Source: Phormidesmis sp. (GTDB lineage Bacteria; Cyanobacteriota; Cyanobacteriia; Leptolyngbyales; Leptolyngbyaceae). From it: 64,000 nt of DNA. The position numbers and the translations under genes were made by a program. The notes under the pieces were generated by a model. It worked only from the letters and a program-made list of their open reading frames with translations. It searched no databases and was not told where the DNA came from. Below are positions 62,420 to 64,000 of the stretch, in pieces; the stretch's first letter is position 1, and the number at the start of each line of letters is the position of its first letter. The DNA is taken from NCBI GenBank assembly GCA_965248535.1, contig CBDFJR010000005.1, positions 1,952,001 to 2,016,000 of the forward strand, read 5' to 3'.

Positions 62420-63202
62420 ATGAACTACTCCGCTAAAGTCGATCGTATCTACACCGATGGAGCCTGTTCGGGCAATCCGGGGCCAGGTGGATGGGGCACC
62501 GTCGCTTATTTTGCCAATGGTGCGGTGCACGAGCTGGGAGGAGGCGACGCGCAAACCACTAACAATCGGATGGAAATGCAGGCGGCGATCGCGGCCCTTA
62601 AATTTTTGCACGACTCTGATCAGAAAGACCCGATCGCCCTCTACACTGACAGCGAATACGTTAAAAACGGCATCACAAAGTGGATCAAAGGCTGGAAGCA
62701 AAAAGGCTGGAAAACCTCCACAGGCAAGCCCGTTCTCAATCAAGATCTGTGGGAGATTTTAGATGAGCTTAACTCAAACCAGGTCGAGTGGCGCTATGTG
62801 CGAGGGCACACCGGAGACATCGGCAACGAACGCTGTGACACGATCGCTCGGGCCTTTTCTCACGGCAAAATGCCTGCGCTCAAAATATTTTCTGACCAAG
62901 CCCACGAGCCTGAGGTTGCCATGACAGAGCCATCACTGCCTGCATCGGTTGATTTGTCAGAAGAGTTGCCCCGCGAAGGTCGCGTCGAAAGCCTACGGCA
63001 CTTGGTCGAAACGCTGCAAATGGCCGATGAAATTGCCAGCAAAGCTTATCTGATCACCAGTTCTGAACTTGCCGATCTGATGGATGTCAACGCCAGCGCT
63101 GTCACCAGTCGCGGTGATAACTGGGTTTGGCGCAACTGGGTGGTCTCACGAGTGCGACGAGAAGGAAATCAGATTTTGTGGCAGCTAGAAAGAGTCGATT
63201 AA
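62420..63202 (+). CDS. rnhA: Ribonuclease HI with a C-terminal extension
   Basis: YTDGACSGNPGPGGWG, TNNRME, TDSEY, GHTG..GNERCD. Confidence 0.93.
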   Translation: MNYSAKVDRIYTDGACSGNPGPGGWGTVAYFANGAVHELGGGDAQTTNNRMEMQAAIAALKFLHDSDQKDPIALYTDSEYVKNGITKWIKGWKQKGWKTSTGKPVLNQDLWEILDELNSNQVEWRYVRGHTGDIGNERCDTIARAFSHGKMPALKIFSDQAHEPEVAMTEPSLPASVDLSEELPREGRVESLRHLVETLQMADEIASKAYLITSSELADLMDVNASAVTSRGDNWVWRNWVVSRVRREGNQILWQLERVD

Positions 63203-63249
63203 GAAGGTGAGTTCAACGGATCGGCGGCTAGCCCAAGCGTGCCCTCACG

Positions 63250-63561
63250 TCATGACCCCACACATCGGACTACGGGCACTTGCATGGCATCTGACACAAA
63301 GCAAGCGCCGCCAAACTTATTCAAAATTGGATTAAGCTCTTCGATCACGCCCTCCATCTGTTCAGTAGAGCAAAATGCAATCACATAAACGTTATCTAAA
63401 CTGTTGAGTGAAAAGTCATCTGACACGGTGCCGCGAGCACTTTTTCCGCCCACATTGCGAATCACGGTATAGCCCGGAACACCAGATATATCTAGCCCCT
63501 TGAGGATTTTATTAAGCTCGACTGAACTTGCCATAATCTCAATGCGTTTGACGACTTGCAT
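63250..63561 (-). CDS. sbtB: PII-like protein, SbtB type
   Basis: KRIEI, GVPGYTVIRNV.G; immediately downstream of the sbtA-family gene. Confidence 0.7.
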   Translation of the reverse strand: MQVVKRIEIMASSVELNKILKGLDISGVPGYTVIRNVGGKSARGTVSDDFSLNSLDNVYVIAFCSTEQMEGVIEELNPILNKFGGACFVSDAMQVPVVRCVGS

Positions 63562-63563
63562 GA

Positions 63564-64000
63564 TTAACTCCAGAACAGATTGATTCCATATAAATAAAGC
63601 GGAATTCCTACCAAAATATTAAAGGGAAAGGTGACTGCCAAAGCCGTCGAAATATATAAACTAGGATTGGCTTCAGGAACGGTGAGCCGCATCGCCGCAG
63701 GAACGGCAATATAAGACGCGCTGGCACAGAGAACGGCAAACAATAGCGCATTGCCCGGCGACATTTGAATCACTTTGGCGATCGCGATACCAATTCCAGC
63801 ATTAAAGATTGGGATTAAAATCGCAAACGAAATCAGAAACAAGCCCGCTTTTTGCAAATCCTGAATTCTTTTAGCAGCAACCAGCCCCATGTCTAACAGA
63901 AAAAAGGTCAGCACTCCATAAAATAGATCTTGAGTAAAAGGTTTCAAAGCCTTTTCGCCGTGCTCTCCGGTCAAGATGCCAATGATAATGCTGCCAAACA
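63564..64000 (-). CDS. sbtA: Sodium-dependent bicarbonate transporter family permease (3' part only)
   Basis: FLLDMGL, ASASYIAVPAAMR, TFPFNI..GIPLY. Confidence 0.85.
   Translation of the reverse strand, partial: FGSIIIGILTGEHGEKALKPFTQDLFYGVLTFFLLDMGLVAAKRIQDLQKAGLFLISFAILIPIFNAGIGIAIAKVIQMSPGNALLFAVLCASASYIAVPAAMRLTVPEANPSLYISTALAVTFPFNILVGIPLYLYGINLFWS

Overview
Chromosomal window from a cyanobacterium. The evidence is the split rpoC1/rpoC2, petM, ycf39, nblR, cyanobacterial hfq, sbtAB and very frequent HIP1 octamers (GCGATCGC). A filamentous Leptolyngbyaceae-like host is plausible, but that is only inference. Most of the window is housekeeping (rpoC1/C2, NAD kinase, pdxA, dapF, leuS, cysS, dnaX, rnhA, mgdA, ABC transporters, sigG/anti-sigma). 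Two accessory zones stand out. (1) About 11.5-15.9 kb: a divergent pair of small genes, a Phd-PIN toxin-antitoxin cassette bracketed by a 32-bp direct repeat, a decayed yefM, a NACHT NTPase with a hexamer-built repeat tract, and a 7 x 42-bp tandem array. (2) About 44.3-55 kb: a TnpB-only IS200/IS605 element with readable ends, a knotless-phytochrome/CBCR kinase, a 130-bp MITE with a 5-bp TSD, a stand-alone RnfD-like + DUF2330 pair, an internally deleted IS1, and an NADH-type nirB without nirD. Single-base indels break several genes, including essential rpoC2 and mgdA, and are most likely sequencing errors. No rRNA, tRNA or CRISPR array was recognised. All family calls come from motif recognition by eye, not from database searches.
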